A stretch of 64,000 bases of DNA. Origin: Candidatus Aminicenantes bacterium (GTDB taxonomy: Bacteria; Acidobacteriota; Aminicenantia; Aminicenantales; Aminicenantaceae). Below, one piece after another: positions 9,934 through 18,622 of the stretch; positions within the stretch are counted from its first letter, which is position 1; each line of letters opens with the position of its first letter. A program made the position numbers and the translations under genes. The notes below the pieces were generated by a model. It saw only the letters and a program-made list of their open reading frames with translations. It was not told the DNA's origin and ran no database searches. The DNA is taken from assembly GCA_011049545.1 (NCBI GenBank), contig DRHQ01000112.1, forward strand, positions 1,346 to 65,345. Reading direction: 5' to 3'.

Positions 9934-11985
9934 ATGAGAAAAGTTTTAATATCGCTAATCATTATATTCTTGCTTTTTCCTTTCCAAGGCCTCACTGAGA
10001 AGAAATCTATTAAAGAGCTTCCCCCAAGGTTTATTAAGTGGCTGAAGGAAGAAGTGGTCTATATTATCACTCAGACCGAGAAAGATGTCTTTCTTCAACT
10101 CGAAACAGATAGAGAAAGAGAGCTTTTTATCGAGGCTTTTTGGAAACACAGGGATCCTACTCAAGGCACCCCAGAAAATGAATTTAAAAAAGAGCACTCT
10201 CGACGGATTAATTATGCAAATTACAACTTGGGGCGGGGCGTACCCAAGCCGGGCTGGAAAACAGATCGAGGCAGAATTTATATCACTATTGGTGAGCCTC
10301 GAGATATTGAGAGAATTTTTGGAGAAGCCAATATTCATAACGCTGAAATATGGTTTTATCAAGGCTTGACAAAGTATGGTCTTCCTCCTGGATTTAACCT
10401 GGTTTTCTATCAGAAAGATGGAATTGGAGAATATGTCCTCTACAGCCCCCTAGCCGATGGGCCTCAAGCTTTAATGACTTCTTATTTCGGCGACCAAGTA
10501 GACTATCTGGCAGCTTATAAGACCTTAAAAAAAATAAATCCAAGTTTGGCTCAAGTCTCTCTTTCCCTCGTTCCAGGAGAATCAGCTCGCTTTGGCCGTC
10601 CTTCATTATCATCCGATATCCTTCTCATAAATATATACAAGGTTCCTCAAAAAAACCTAAAGGAAAGATATGCAGAGAAATTTTTAATGTATAAAGACAT
10701 CGTAGAAGTCGACTACACAGCCAATTACATCGATAATGACCATTCAGTAAAAGTTCTTAAAGACCCATCCGGGATTTATTTTGTTCATTATGTTGTGGAA
10801 CTCATGAAATTCTCGGTCCAACAATATGAAGATAAATATTCCACACATCTAAAAGTCAACGGGAAAGTTTCTGATTTAGAGGGAAAAACAATAGATCAAT
10901 ATGAGAGATCTATCTTAGCAAAACTCGATGAAGTCGAGCTAAAAAATATCACCTACAGACCCTTTGATCTCTATGATATGTTCCCCTTGATTCCAGGTAC
11001 TTACAGATTTTCTGTTATAGTAAAGAATGAAGTATCCAAAGAATTCACCACTCTGGAAAAAGATGTAGTCATTCCCGGGGATGATTCTTTCCTGAAAATG
11101 AGTTCTCTCGTTTTGGGCTATAAGATGGAACACCTTCCATCTAAATCAAATAGGCTCGCACCCTTTAAGATAGGACCTAATCAAATATATCATCAGCCCA
11201 AGCAAATCTTTCATCCTCAAGATAAATTATTCTTAGCTTTTCAGATTTTAGGCTTAACTTCCGATCTTGAGCAGAGGGGACAGTTAAGATTCGAATTTAT
11301 AAAGGGAAATGAGCCGTTTTTATCTTTAACGAAAAAAGTGAATGAGTATCAAGATAGAATGAATTTTATACAAGAATTTTCTCTACAGAAATTTCCTCCT
11401 GCCTATTACCGAATTAATGTCATTTTATTGGATAATGATAATGAAGTGCTTCTTGAAGGAGAAAATTTTGAGATCACAGCTGCAACAATTTTGCCCCGGC
11501 CTTGGGTTCATTCTAAAACATTAGCGCCTTCAGACGATCCCACATATTCCTTCTTACTGGGAAGACAATTCTTTAGCAAGGGAGAAATAGATAAAGCCAG
11601 AGTCAAATTTGAAACTGCCTATCAAAAGAAGCCCGATTCTCTAGATTATGCCGTAGGTTTAGCACGGGTATATTTTGCTCTAAAAAATTACACTAAAACT
11701 AAACAAATTCTGCTACCCTTTAAAAATCTAGATGAGATCCCCTATCAAGTTTACTTTCTCCTAGGAAAATCTCATCAAGCTCTGGGAGAATTAGATCAGG
11801 CTGTTTCATTTTATAATGAGGCCATCTCCCATTTTGGAATAAATATGTATCTTCTGAATTCTTTAGGAGAATGTTATTACAGACTGGGATCTGAAGATGA
11901 AGCTTTAGCCGCGTGGGAAAAATCTTTAGAAATCAATTCCAATCAGCCTGAAATCGAGAAAAGGGTAAAGGCTATTAAGAAATAA
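9934..11985 (+). CDS. GWxTD-domain protein with signal peptide and C-terminal TPR repeats
   Basis: PGWKTDRGRIYITIGEP matches the GWxTD signature. The ATG at 9934 gives MRKVLISLIIIFLLFPF (the track ORF starts upstream at 9874). TPR-like tail. Confidence 0.7.
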   Translation: MRKVLISLIIIFLLFPFQGLTEKKSIKELPPRFIKWLKEEVVYIITQTEKDVFLQLETDRERELFIEAFWKHRDPTQGTPENEFKKEHSRRINYANYNLGRGVPKPGWKTDRGRIYITIGEPRDIERIFGEANIHNAEIWFYQGLTKYGLPPGFNLVFYQKDGIGEYVLYSPLADGPQALMTSYFGDQVDYLAAYKTLKKINPSLAQVSLSLVPGESARFGRPSLSSDILLINIYKVPQKNLKERYAEKFLMYKDIVEVDYTANYIDNDHSVKVLKDPSGIYFVHYVVELMKFSVQQYEDKYSTHLKVNGKVSDLEGKTIDQYERSILAKLDEVELKNITYRPFDLYDMFPLIPGTYRFSVIVKNEVSKEFTTLEKDVVIPGDDSFLKMSSLVLGYKMEHLPSKSNRLAPFKIGPNQIYHQPKQIFHPQDKLFLAFQILGLTSDLEQRGQLRFEFIKGNEPFLSLTKKVNEYQDRMNFIQEFSLQKFPPAYYRINVILLDNDNEVLLEGENFEITAATILPRPWVHSKTLAPSDDPTYSFLLGRQFFSKGEIDKARVKFETAYQKKPDSLDYAVGLARVYFALKNYTKTKQILLPFKNLDEIPYQVYFLLGKSHQALGELDQAVSFYNEAISHFGINMYLLNSLGECYYRLGSEDEALAAWEKSLEINSNQPEIEKRVKAIKK

Positions 11986-12029
11986 AATGTTTTTCGCAAG
12001 AATTGAGAGATTTCTACTGGAACATCCGT

Positions 12030-14831
12030 TTAATAGGGATTAAGAAAGGAGCAGTTTAAAATCTTCGCCCTTCCGTTGCCATCGCGCCTCACCTCTCCTC
12101 TCAAATAGCAAGCGGGCGGAGAACCAAATGTGAGACATCTCGTCTCCCCCACTCCTTCCAGAAGTCCGGTCTCATCCTCAAAGAGAAAGAAGTATTTCCG
12201 GCCACGGCTCACCGCTTTCTGGCGGGCATCCACCACTCTGACCACAAGCTTCACTTCTCTACCCGCATGATCCTTCAAATCCTTTATGCGGAGCGTCGGC
12301 CTTTTCCCTTCGAAGAGGGAAAGGGAATCTCCTTCAGGATCAAACCCGAGGGATTCGACAAGCATCCTCTCCTTCTGTTTTGGATCCAGGTCCGAGACAT
12401 CCTCTACATCCTCCAGTCCTCTGAAATAACGAAGAATTTGCCGCGTCCTTCTGGGCTCGAGAGAATCGAAAACCCCTGATTTGATCAGAGAGAGAAGCTC
12501 TGATTTTGTCAGAGACACCCGGCAGAGAAAATCTTCTACGGAAAGATACTCACCGTTCTTTCTCTCTTCGATGACCTTCTCTGCAGTCTTTAAAGCCAGC
12601 CCCTTGATGGAAATCAGACCCACCCGGATGTTCTTCCTTTCTACCTCAAACTGGTAGCAGCTGCGGTTTACATCCGGCCCTAAGATTTTGATCTCCTTTC
12701 TCTTGGCTTCTTCGATGTATTCCGCTAACCCGTAGTAGCCGCCTCCGGCATTGAGCACAGATGCGAGGTAGGGAACCGGGTAGTGGGCTTTTAAGTAAAC
12801 AGCCTGGTAAGCCATGTTGGCATAGGAGGCACTGTGAGCCTTGTTGAAAGAGTAAGAAGAAAATTCCTCCATGACCTTCCACAACTTCTTTATTTCCCCT
12901 GGTGTGTACCCTCTCTCCTCTCCTTCCCTGAAAAACCCGCCTTTAAGCTGGGCGTCAACCTGATCTTTTTTAAGAGCCCGGCGGAGAAGGTCGCCCTCTT
13001 CGGGCGGCATTCCCGCCACCCGTTCGGCGATCTGCATCACCTGTTCTTCATAGAGAAGAATGCCTCCTGTCTCGGGGAGTATTCGACCCAGGAAACCATC
13101 ACGGGAGACGGGCCTCCCTTCCCGGCTGCGGAGGAGAGCTTCTTTCATGCCGCTCTCGGTCGGACCGGGCCGAATAAGAGCTAAAGTCTGAGTCAGCTCG
13201 TAAATATTCTCTGGCTTCATGCGGCGGAGTAGATTCATCATGGCCGGGCTTTCCACCTGGAAGCAGCCTATGGTCTGGGCCTTCTTTAACAGGCTGTAAG
13301 TTTTCTTATCTCGAGGAGGAATGCACCTTATTTTCATCATTTTTTTGGTCTCAGAGATAGCAGCCAGCCCCCTCACCGAAAGCAGGTCAAGTTTTATGAG
13401 TTTCAGGTCTTCCACAGTATCCCGGTCGTAATGGGACATGAGATAACCCTTAGCTGATTCTTCGAGAGGAAGATACCGATTCGTAGGCGAAGGGGTGAGC
13501 AGTATTCCTCCCACATGGAGGGAGTTCCCCGAGTAGACAGAAGTAAGACCAGAGGCTGCTTTCCATATTTCCATGTAGCCAGGGAGTGGTCTGTCTTTTT
13601 TCAAGAAATCAGGCTCCGCGAAAAAGGGGGCTTTTTTGCTCAGAGACCTGGATTCCCCAGGCGGAAGGCCAAAGGCGCGGGCTGTCTCATACAGGGCAGA
13701 GCGGGCACGGTAATTTTTCAGACTGCAGACAAAGGCTGCCCCAGTTCTTCCCTGTCCGTATTTCTCCAGAACATAGGAGAGGACCTGGTCTCTTTTCCTC
13801 GAGTCAAAATCCAGGTCTATATCCGGCGGGTCATCCCGGCCCTTGTTCAGGAACCTCTCGAAGTAAAGGTCATGCTCGATGGGGCTTATGTGGGAGACTC
13901 CCAGAAGAAAGGTCAGAAAAGAGGAGGCGCCCGAACCCTTGAGGTTGTGGAGAATATTATTGCGGCGGGCAAATCGAACCACATCATGGACAATCAGGAA
14001 GTAGGGAGCAAAACCTGATCTCTCGACAACAGTTAGTTCTTGTTTGGCCCGCTGTCTCTCGCGCCAGCTCAAGTTTTTCAGCCTTTTCAGCCTTTCCATC
14101 ACCTCATCCCTCAAGGTTGTGGGAAAAAGATCTTCGGGGAGAGGAGGCACGATGTCCGCGAAAGAAAACCGGCATTTCTCCGCTACCTCAAAGGTTTTGC
14201 GGAAAATCTTTTCCGCATCAGGGCCAAACTTCCTGAGAGCCAAAGCTTCCTGATGCGGCCCGAAAAACTTCATCCTGTTCTTCAGTTTATCCCTCTCCGG
14301 AGGGAAGGGAATCTTTTTCTGGATGGAATGGATAAGAATCAATCTTTCAGGGTTGCGTATAAACTTCAAAGGATTCGCCCACACCAGAGGCAAATCGTGA
14401 TCGCGGGCCCAAACGAGAGCCTTTTTGAAGTTAAAAAAATCGACACCGATGTAAAAATCTTCTTTTGAAGAAGAGAGTGAGGAGGCCAGAGATTCTTCTT
14501 CTCTCGCCTGAGGGATGAAGATAACAACCAGCCCTTCTGTCTTCTTTATCTCTTTTTGGTTGAGGATCTCCATCAAATTCCAGTACCCTTCTTTGTCCCT
14601 GACTAGAAAGAGGAATTTTTTTCCCTGAATTTCTATCTCACAGCCGAAGAGGGGGGTGAAACCGCGCTTCTTGGCTGCTCTCTTCCATTTCCCCCAGCCG
14701 TAGAGATTCTCCATATCTGTCAGAGCTGCGGATGGAAGTTTTCTCTCGAAGACCCAGGAGGCGACCTCTTCCAGAGTTGCCCCTCCTTTTCCTTTGCTGT
14801 AGACAGAATGGACTCTGAGTGGTATGAACAT
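12030..14831 (-). CDS. dnaE2: Error-prone DNA polymerase III alpha-like subunit (DnaE2-type)
   Basis: 933 aa. N-terminal PHP-like start PLRVHSVYS, then pol III alpha core-like sequence (GRDDPPDIDLDF, LIRPGP). Translationally adjacent to a Y-family polymerase and downstream of lexA. Confidence 0.7.
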   Translation of the reverse strand: MFIPLRVHSVYSKGKGGATLEEVASWVFERKLPSAALTDMENLYGWGKWKRAAKKRGFTPLFGCEIEIQGKKFLFLVRDKEGYWNLMEILNQKEIKKTEGLVVIFIPQAREEESLASSLSSSKEDFYIGVDFFNFKKALVWARDHDLPLVWANPLKFIRNPERLILIHSIQKKIPFPPERDKLKNRMKFFGPHQEALALRKFGPDAEKIFRKTFEVAEKCRFSFADIVPPLPEDLFPTTLRDEVMERLKRLKNLSWRERQRAKQELTVVERSGFAPYFLIVHDVVRFARRNNILHNLKGSGASSFLTFLLGVSHISPIEHDLYFERFLNKGRDDPPDIDLDFDSRKRDQVLSYVLEKYGQGRTGAAFVCSLKNYRARSALYETARAFGLPPGESRSLSKKAPFFAEPDFLKKDRPLPGYMEIWKAASGLTSVYSGNSLHVGGILLTPSPTNRYLPLEESAKGYLMSHYDRDTVEDLKLIKLDLLSVRGLAAISETKKMMKIRCIPPRDKKTYSLLKKAQTIGCFQVESPAMMNLLRRMKPENIYELTQTLALIRPGPTESGMKEALLRSREGRPVSRDGFLGRILPETGGILLYEEQVMQIAERVAGMPPEEGDLLRRALKKDQVDAQLKGGFFREGEERGYTPGEIKKLWKVMEEFSSYSFNKAHSASYANMAYQAVYLKAHYPVPYLASVLNAGGGYYGLAEYIEEAKRKEIKILGPDVNRSCYQFEVERKNIRVGLISIKGLALKTAEKVIEERKNGEYLSVEDFLCRVSLTKSELLSLIKSGVFDSLEPRRTRQILRYFRGLEDVEDVSDLDPKQKERMLVESLGFDPEGDSLSLFEGKRPTLRIKDLKDHAGREVKLVVRVVDARQKAVSRGRKYFFLFEDETGLLEGVGETRCLTFGSPPACYLRGEVRRDGNGRAKILNCSFLNPY

Positions 14832-14835
14832 TTTT

Positions 14836-16059
14836 TTATTTCGTCAAGGAGGCTGTCTTCAGGACAAAACCTCTTTTTCGTTCAAAACTGTAGAGGCTAT
14901 CGAGCATCCTCTCCCGAACCGTAAGCAGTGAGCCAAACCCGTACTTCTCTCTCACCTGATCCACAGCATAGCCCAGTTTCTCCGGGCGTTCGGAGTAGGG
15001 CTCGAAAAGAGAGAGAGGCCTGGCACTAACAAGGTCAGAAGCTTTCACACCCACCAGACGAAGCGACAAACGGGAGGAAGAGAAAAGCTGGAGGAAAAGC
15101 TCTTGAGCAACCTTGTAAATTTTTCCCATCTCCTGGAGGGGACTGAGGAGTAGGCATCTTCGGGCTTCGGTTTTAAAATCAGAATACCTGGCTTTGACTT
15201 CGATGATATGGGCAAAAAGGCGTTGTTCCCGCAAGGGAAGGGTTAACCGATCACAGAGATAAGCCAGATGAGCCAGGAGCAGGCGTCTATCCCAGATGTC
15301 TTCCAGAAAAGTCGTCTCCCGGGAGATAGATTTGGGCACAGAGGCGGTCACCAAGGGACGGGTATCAACCCCTCTGGACTGGAGATAAAGCTCTTCTCCG
15401 TTTAAGCCGAAGAGTGAGCGCAGAGTTGGCCGCGACAGCCCCCACAAATCGCCGATTTTATGGATGTTGAGCATCCGGAGTATGACCTGGGCTTTGGGTC
15501 CTATTCCGGGTAAAGACTCGATCCCCAGGTTCTTCAAGAACTCTTCCTCTCCACCCGGTCCAATCTCGACCAGTCCGCCTGGCTTAGCCTGGCTGGTGGC
15601 CAGCTTGGCCAGAATCTTATTAGGACCCATTCCCGCCGAAACAGTAATCCCCAGCTCTTTCTCCACCTTCTGTTTGATCTCCAGGGTGATGCGGGAAAAA
15701 GAGGAATAAAGGGGGCGGCAGCGGGTCAAATCAAGGTAAGCTTCATCCAGGGAAGCTTCCTCCATATCCGGAGTATACTGGGAGAGAAGACGGAAAAACT
15801 TTTTGGAGAAAGCTCTGTAAATCTGGGAGTTTCCCCTTACGAATATCCCGTGGGGACAGAGCTGGTAGGCTTTCCGCAAAGGTATGCCGGCATGGACACC
15901 GTATTTTCGGGCCTCGTATGAAGCGGTAGAAGCTACTCCCCTTTCATGGGGAAGACCTCCGACGATGAGTGGTTTTCCTTTGAAAGAAGGGTTAAGGAGC
16001 ACCTCAACAGCCGCAAAAAAAGCATCGATGTCAATGTGGACAATACATCTCCTTCTCAT
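14836..16059 (-). CDS. dinB: Y-family DNA polymerase (Pol IV-like, catalytic residues intact)
   Basis: HIDIDAFFAAVE and SLDEAYLD acidic catalytic motifs. 407 aa. Stop is 4 nt before the dnaE2 start. Confidence 0.8.
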   Translation of the reverse strand: MRRRCIVHIDIDAFFAAVEVLLNPSFKGKPLIVGGLPHERGVASTASYEARKYGVHAGIPLRKAYQLCPHGIFVRGNSQIYRAFSKKFFRLLSQYTPDMEEASLDEAYLDLTRCRPLYSSFSRITLEIKQKVEKELGITVSAGMGPNKILAKLATSQAKPGGLVEIGPGGEEEFLKNLGIESLPGIGPKAQVILRMLNIHKIGDLWGLSRPTLRSLFGLNGEELYLQSRGVDTRPLVTASVPKSISRETTFLEDIWDRRLLLAHLAYLCDRLTLPLREQRLFAHIIEVKARYSDFKTEARRCLLLSPLQEMGKIYKVAQELFLQLFSSSRLSLRLVGVKASDLVSARPLSLFEPYSERPEKLGYAVDQVREKYGFGSLLTVRERMLDSLYSFERKRGFVLKTASLTK

Positions 16060-16129
16060 TTTTCTAACTTTTTTTTAGGATGCTGGTCTGTTTACCGCTT
16101 ACACGTTGCTTCTTGCGGTTGGTTCATCT

Positions 16130-16154
16130 GTAGGAGCTTGATTCATCAAGCCCG
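16130..16154 (-). repeat. Family A hairpin repeat copy (reverse orientation) in the dinB-lexA spacer
   Basis: gtaggagcttgattcatcaagcccg. Confidence 0.75.
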
Positions 16155-16296
16155 TAATTTTGATGCTACAAATGAATCCTCCGTTTACCGCTTTGTGTTT
16201 CACGGCATAAAGCCTGATCGGGAGATCGGGCTCTACATATCTATTAGTCCGTTACTCCGTTTACGTCTTTTGCACTGTCTCAGCGCTCTTCGACGT

Positions 16297-16926
16297 TCAG
16301 TACTTTCTCAGAATCCCGATCACTCTTCCCAGGATTCTCAATTCCCTGACTTTGATCGGCTTAAACTCCGGATTTTCAGGCATAAGAAAGACATTCTCAT
16401 CTTCTATCTTCAACCTTTTCAAGGTCACCGAGCCGTCATCCAGAAGGGCTATCACCATCTCTCCGGAACTTGCCGAATTTGTCCTCTCCACGAGCACCCG
16501 GTCTCCCTCATCGATATAGGCATCCACCATACTTTTCCCGTCAACATGGATACAGAAGATGTTCCCTTTTTTTCGGCCCACCATCCAGTCTGGAACTTCC
16601 ACCGCCTCTTCCGAAACATCAAAGACCTCTCTCGGTTCACCAGCCGGAACAAGACCTACTAAAGGCACTCTGGTTTGATTCTTCAAAAGAGTCGGAAAGC
16701 CTTTGAGTTTCAGTTCCCCTTTCATCCTTTCCAAATAGCCCTTTTTCTCAAGGCTCTGGGTGTGCTTGAAAACAGCCGAAGGATTGGTGATGTTCAGGAT
16801 CTCTCCCAATTGCCTGATCGTGGGAGAATAGCCATGTTCGAGTATAAACTCTTCAATAGTTTTCAACACTTTCTTCTGTCTTTCTGTGAGTTTCTTCCTG
16901 ATTTTGTTTACCATTTTGTTCACCAT
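16297..16926 (-). CDS. lexA: LexA repressor
   Basis: N-terminal wHTH (SPTIRQLGEILNI), cleavage-site-like VPAGEP, catalytic Ser in DGKSM and Lys in VTLKRL. An alternative ATG at 16914 arises from the duplicated MVNK-MVNK start. Confidence 0.9.
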   Translation of the reverse strand: MVNKMVNKIRKKLTERQKKVLKTIEEFILEHGYSPTIRQLGEILNITNPSAVFKHTQSLEKKGYLERMKGELKLKGFPTLLKNQTRVPLVGLVPAGEPREVFDVSEEAVEVPDWMVGRKKGNIFCIHVDGKSMVDAYIDEGDRVLVERTNSASSGEMVIALLDDGSVTLKRLKIEDENVFLMPENPEFKPIKVRELRILGRVIGILRKY

Positions 16927-16982
16927 GTATATTAATAAGCCTCTTCCCGGGTTTTGTCAAGGAAAAATTAAAAAAAAGAGGG

Positions 16983-17194
16983 AAAAAGGGGACAGGCTAC
17001 TTTTTTATATATTGTGCAGGGGTTTGATTTATCAAACCCACATTTTAATTATAAAAATTATTTATTAAATGCAGAAACCTGATCCCATATCTTAGCCATC
17101 TCTTTATATGATAAAGGTGGGCTTGATGAATCAAGCCCCTACATAATGTAAATCAAACCCGCCGATTAAAAAAAAGTAGCCTGTCCCCTTTTTT
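16983..17194. repeat. Composite palindromic element: family B arm, two oppositely oriented family A hairpins, family B arm
   Basis: aaaaaggggacaggctactttttt (16983-17007) and aaaaaaaagtagcctgtcccctttttt (17168-17194) are inverted. Inside are caggggtttgatttatcaaacccaca (17017-17042) and ggtgggcttgatgaatcaagcccctaca + aatcaaaccc (17117-17160). Confidence 0.85.
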
Positions 17195-17909
17195 ATATTT
17201 TCCAGCCGCCGGCGACAACCAAATTTGTTCCGCTGATAAAATCAGCTTCATCTGAAACTAAAAATAAAACAGCACTCGAGATATCTTCAAACTTTCCTAA
17301 TCTGCCCTTTGGGACACTTTTACTTTCAGGAAGAATTCCGCCTTCCATAAGCCCTGGAGAGACCATGTTAACCGTTATTCCTGCTGAACCCTCAGAAGCA
17401 GCTACAGAACGTGTCAAAATCAGGAGACCTGTCTTGGCTATTGCATAGGGAGTTATTGAAGAGAAAGCCACAAGTTGCTCAGCCCGGCTGTAGCCTAAAT
17501 TTATAATCCTCCCCCACTTTCTTTTCCTCATCCCAGGGAGAGAGGCCTTAAGGCAATACAAGGCACTCATCAAATTACTGTGTAGAATGTAATCCCACTC
17601 CGATGAGGTGATCTTTTCCCAGGATTTGACAAGAATCGGACCAACATTGTTGACCAAAATATCTATTCTACCGAATTTTTCTTCGACATTTCTGACTAGG
17701 GCTAAAGCTTCTTTTTCTTTAGTTAGATCTGCGCAAAAACAAGCAGCAAACTTGCCCTTCTCTCTAATCTTCTTTACAACCTTCTCCGCGGCTTCCCTAT
17801 TGTTCTTATAATGAACAGCCACTCCAGACGCGGCATCAGCCAGCTTTAAAGCAATATCTCGTCCAATCCCACGGCTGCTCCCCGTTACCAAAGCTATTTT
17901 ATCGTTCAT
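17193..17909 (-). CDS. Short-chain dehydrogenase/reductase (FabG-like)
   Basis: TGSSRGIGRDIA cofactor motif, NNVG, and YAIAK (Y-x3-K). 238 aa. Confidence 0.8.
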   Translation of the reverse strand: MNDKIALVTGSSRGIGRDIALKLADAASGVAVHYKNNREAAEKVVKKIREKGKFAACFCADLTKEKEALALVRNVEEKFGRIDILVNNVGPILVKSWEKITSSEWDYILHSNLMSALYCLKASLPGMRKRKWGRIINLGYSRAEQLVAFSSITPYAIAKTGLLILTRSVAASEGSAGITVNMVSPGLMEGGILPESKSVPKGRLGKFEDISSAVLFLVSDEADFISGTNLVVAGGWKI

Positions 17910-17931
17910 TTATTTATTCATTAGGGTCCGG

Positions 17932-18177
17932 TTATTTACTGTACTTTATAGTAGCGTAGTCACTGCCTGTCCCACTTCCATAACTAGCCCCTGTCACATA
18001 GACATTCCCTTTGGAGTCAACAGCAATGGCACGGGCAAAATCAGTGTAATCTCCAGGTCCATTATACCTTGCAACCCAAACCACTTTTGGCTCCTCTTGC
18101 CCATAAGTCAAAGGGACTGAAACTGCAAACAGAATCAAAACGATAAAAAGCATTCCTAAGTAAGATGATTTTTTCAT
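17932..18177 (-). CDS. Small secreted SBBP (beta-propeller) repeat protein, probably a fragment
   Basis: Signal peptide followed by a single repeat, ARYNGPGDYTDFARAIAVDSKGNVYVTGASYG...DYATIKYS. Only 81 aa. Confidence 0.4.
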   Translation of the reverse strand: MKKSSYLGMLFIVLILFAVSVPLTYGQEEPKVVWVARYNGPGDYTDFARAIAVDSKGNVYVTGASYGSGTGSDYATIKYSK

Positions 18178-18622
18178 TCCCTCCTCCTTTTATTATTTAA
18201 AACTAAATCCGCTTCGCTTATTTAAATTGCTAATGCAATTGTTGTAAGAAGTATTCTTTTTTTTCGATTGAGGATGGTTCCCTCTCCTTAGCCTAAAATC
18301 TTATTATGCTAATTTAAATGATTATTATGATATAGACGCTATGTAATTAATTAGCATTTGTCAAGTTTCTTTAAGAAAGCACGGTTGTACTTGAAGTATA
18401 TCCTCAACATCTTTGGCGTCGGGCAGGATGTGTTCTTCAATATACTCTTCCAGCTCAGCTATTGTTTCTCTGGACAGCGTATAATCTTTCATATACATTG
18501 TTTATTGGACATAAGCCGCTTTTTGATTGAAAAATACGGGATTTTTCAATCAAGAGCAGCATAACCGCGTAAATGGGAAATATCAGATCAGTCAAATTTC
18601 CTATCAGTTGAGAGGCAGAAAA

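Noticed and set aside
14836-16059. Calling the Y-family polymerase ImuB, as expected next to dnaE2.
   Set aside because: ImuB proteins lack the catalytic carboxylates. This ORF retains DIDAFF and SLDEAYLD, so it is called a DinB-like active polymerase. Phylogeny would be needed to be certain.
15946-16662. 238-aa plus-strand ORF spanning the dinB 5' end, the spacer and the lexA 3' end.
   Set aside because: It is antisense to two well-supported genes, has no recognisable motifs, and is rich in Ser/Arg/Leu, as expected for antisense frames of G+C-rich DNA. The same reasoning applies to 12834-13184, 13515-14018, 13586-13942 and 14040-14468, and to the many plus/minus shadow ORFs inside 18953-20746.
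18261-18295. Possible partial duplicate of the tRNA-Ala 3' end (att site) delimiting the G+C-rich islet (gattgaggatggttccctctcc versus gatggggatcgaacccacgacc).
   Set aside because: The similarity is weak and gapped and not distinguishable from chance by eye. An alignment-based search is needed before claiming island borders.
18361-18498. 45-codon minus-strand ORF (MYMKDYTLSRETIAELEEYIEEHILPDAKDVEDILQVQPCFLKET), a possible antitoxin-like remnant in the ORF-poor gap.
   Set aside because: No SD before either ATG, no partner gene, and no motif I can name. It is kept only as a note.
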